64,000 nucleotides of DNA from Malacoraja senta (taxonomy: Eukaryota). The notes beneath the pieces were generated by a model, which was not told the DNA's origin, did not search any database, and was given only the letters and a program-made list of their open reading frames with translations. Numbering within the stretch: the first letter of the stretch is position 1; every line of letters begins with the position of its first letter. Position numbers and translations under genes: made by a program. The stretch is from NCBI GenBank assembly GCA_038087875.1, contig CM075997.1:7008001-7072000 (forward strand). Reading direction: 5' to 3'. Shown here piece by piece: positions 63,843 through 64,000 of this stretch.

Positions 63843-64000
63843 TTACCATGCAGGTCACCGGGAGAACGTACAAACTCCGTACAGACAGCACCCGTAGTCA
63901 GGATCGAAAACCGGGTCTCTGGCACTGTGAGGCAGCAACTCTACCGCTGCGCCACCCTGTCGCCACCATTTTATTTTAGATTTATCAACGTCTATAGCTT

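Overview
Eukaryotic, repeat-saturated DNA, most likely from a cartilaginous fish (skate/ray-like). This is inferred from the HE1/V-SINE-like tRNA-derived SINEs plus CR1, Rex1/Babar, L1/Tx1, L2 and Penelope debris. I cannot support any intact host gene, RNA gene or CRISPR array. Main structures: (1) nested L1 fragments at 1-2937, one with a twin-priming-type inversion; (2) a minus-strand head-to-tail array of non-autonomous Helitrons at 2938-~11290, with exact CTAG|TC junctions, a 3' hairpin and captured Penelope-type palindromes; (3) PIF/Harbinger-like MITEs with shared TIRs and TAA/TTA target sites; (4) Penelope GIY-YIG remnants and many minimal hammerhead-ribozyme-like motifs; (5) a ~10.8 kb direct duplication whose inner ends coincide with a 200-N gap, probably an uncollapsed haplotype; (6) two related minisatellite arrays (30 bp and 32 bp) in inverted orientation around a ~340 bp core, a foldback-like structure I cannot assign. 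Ends of degraded repeats are approximate, and family names come from motif recognition, not database searches.
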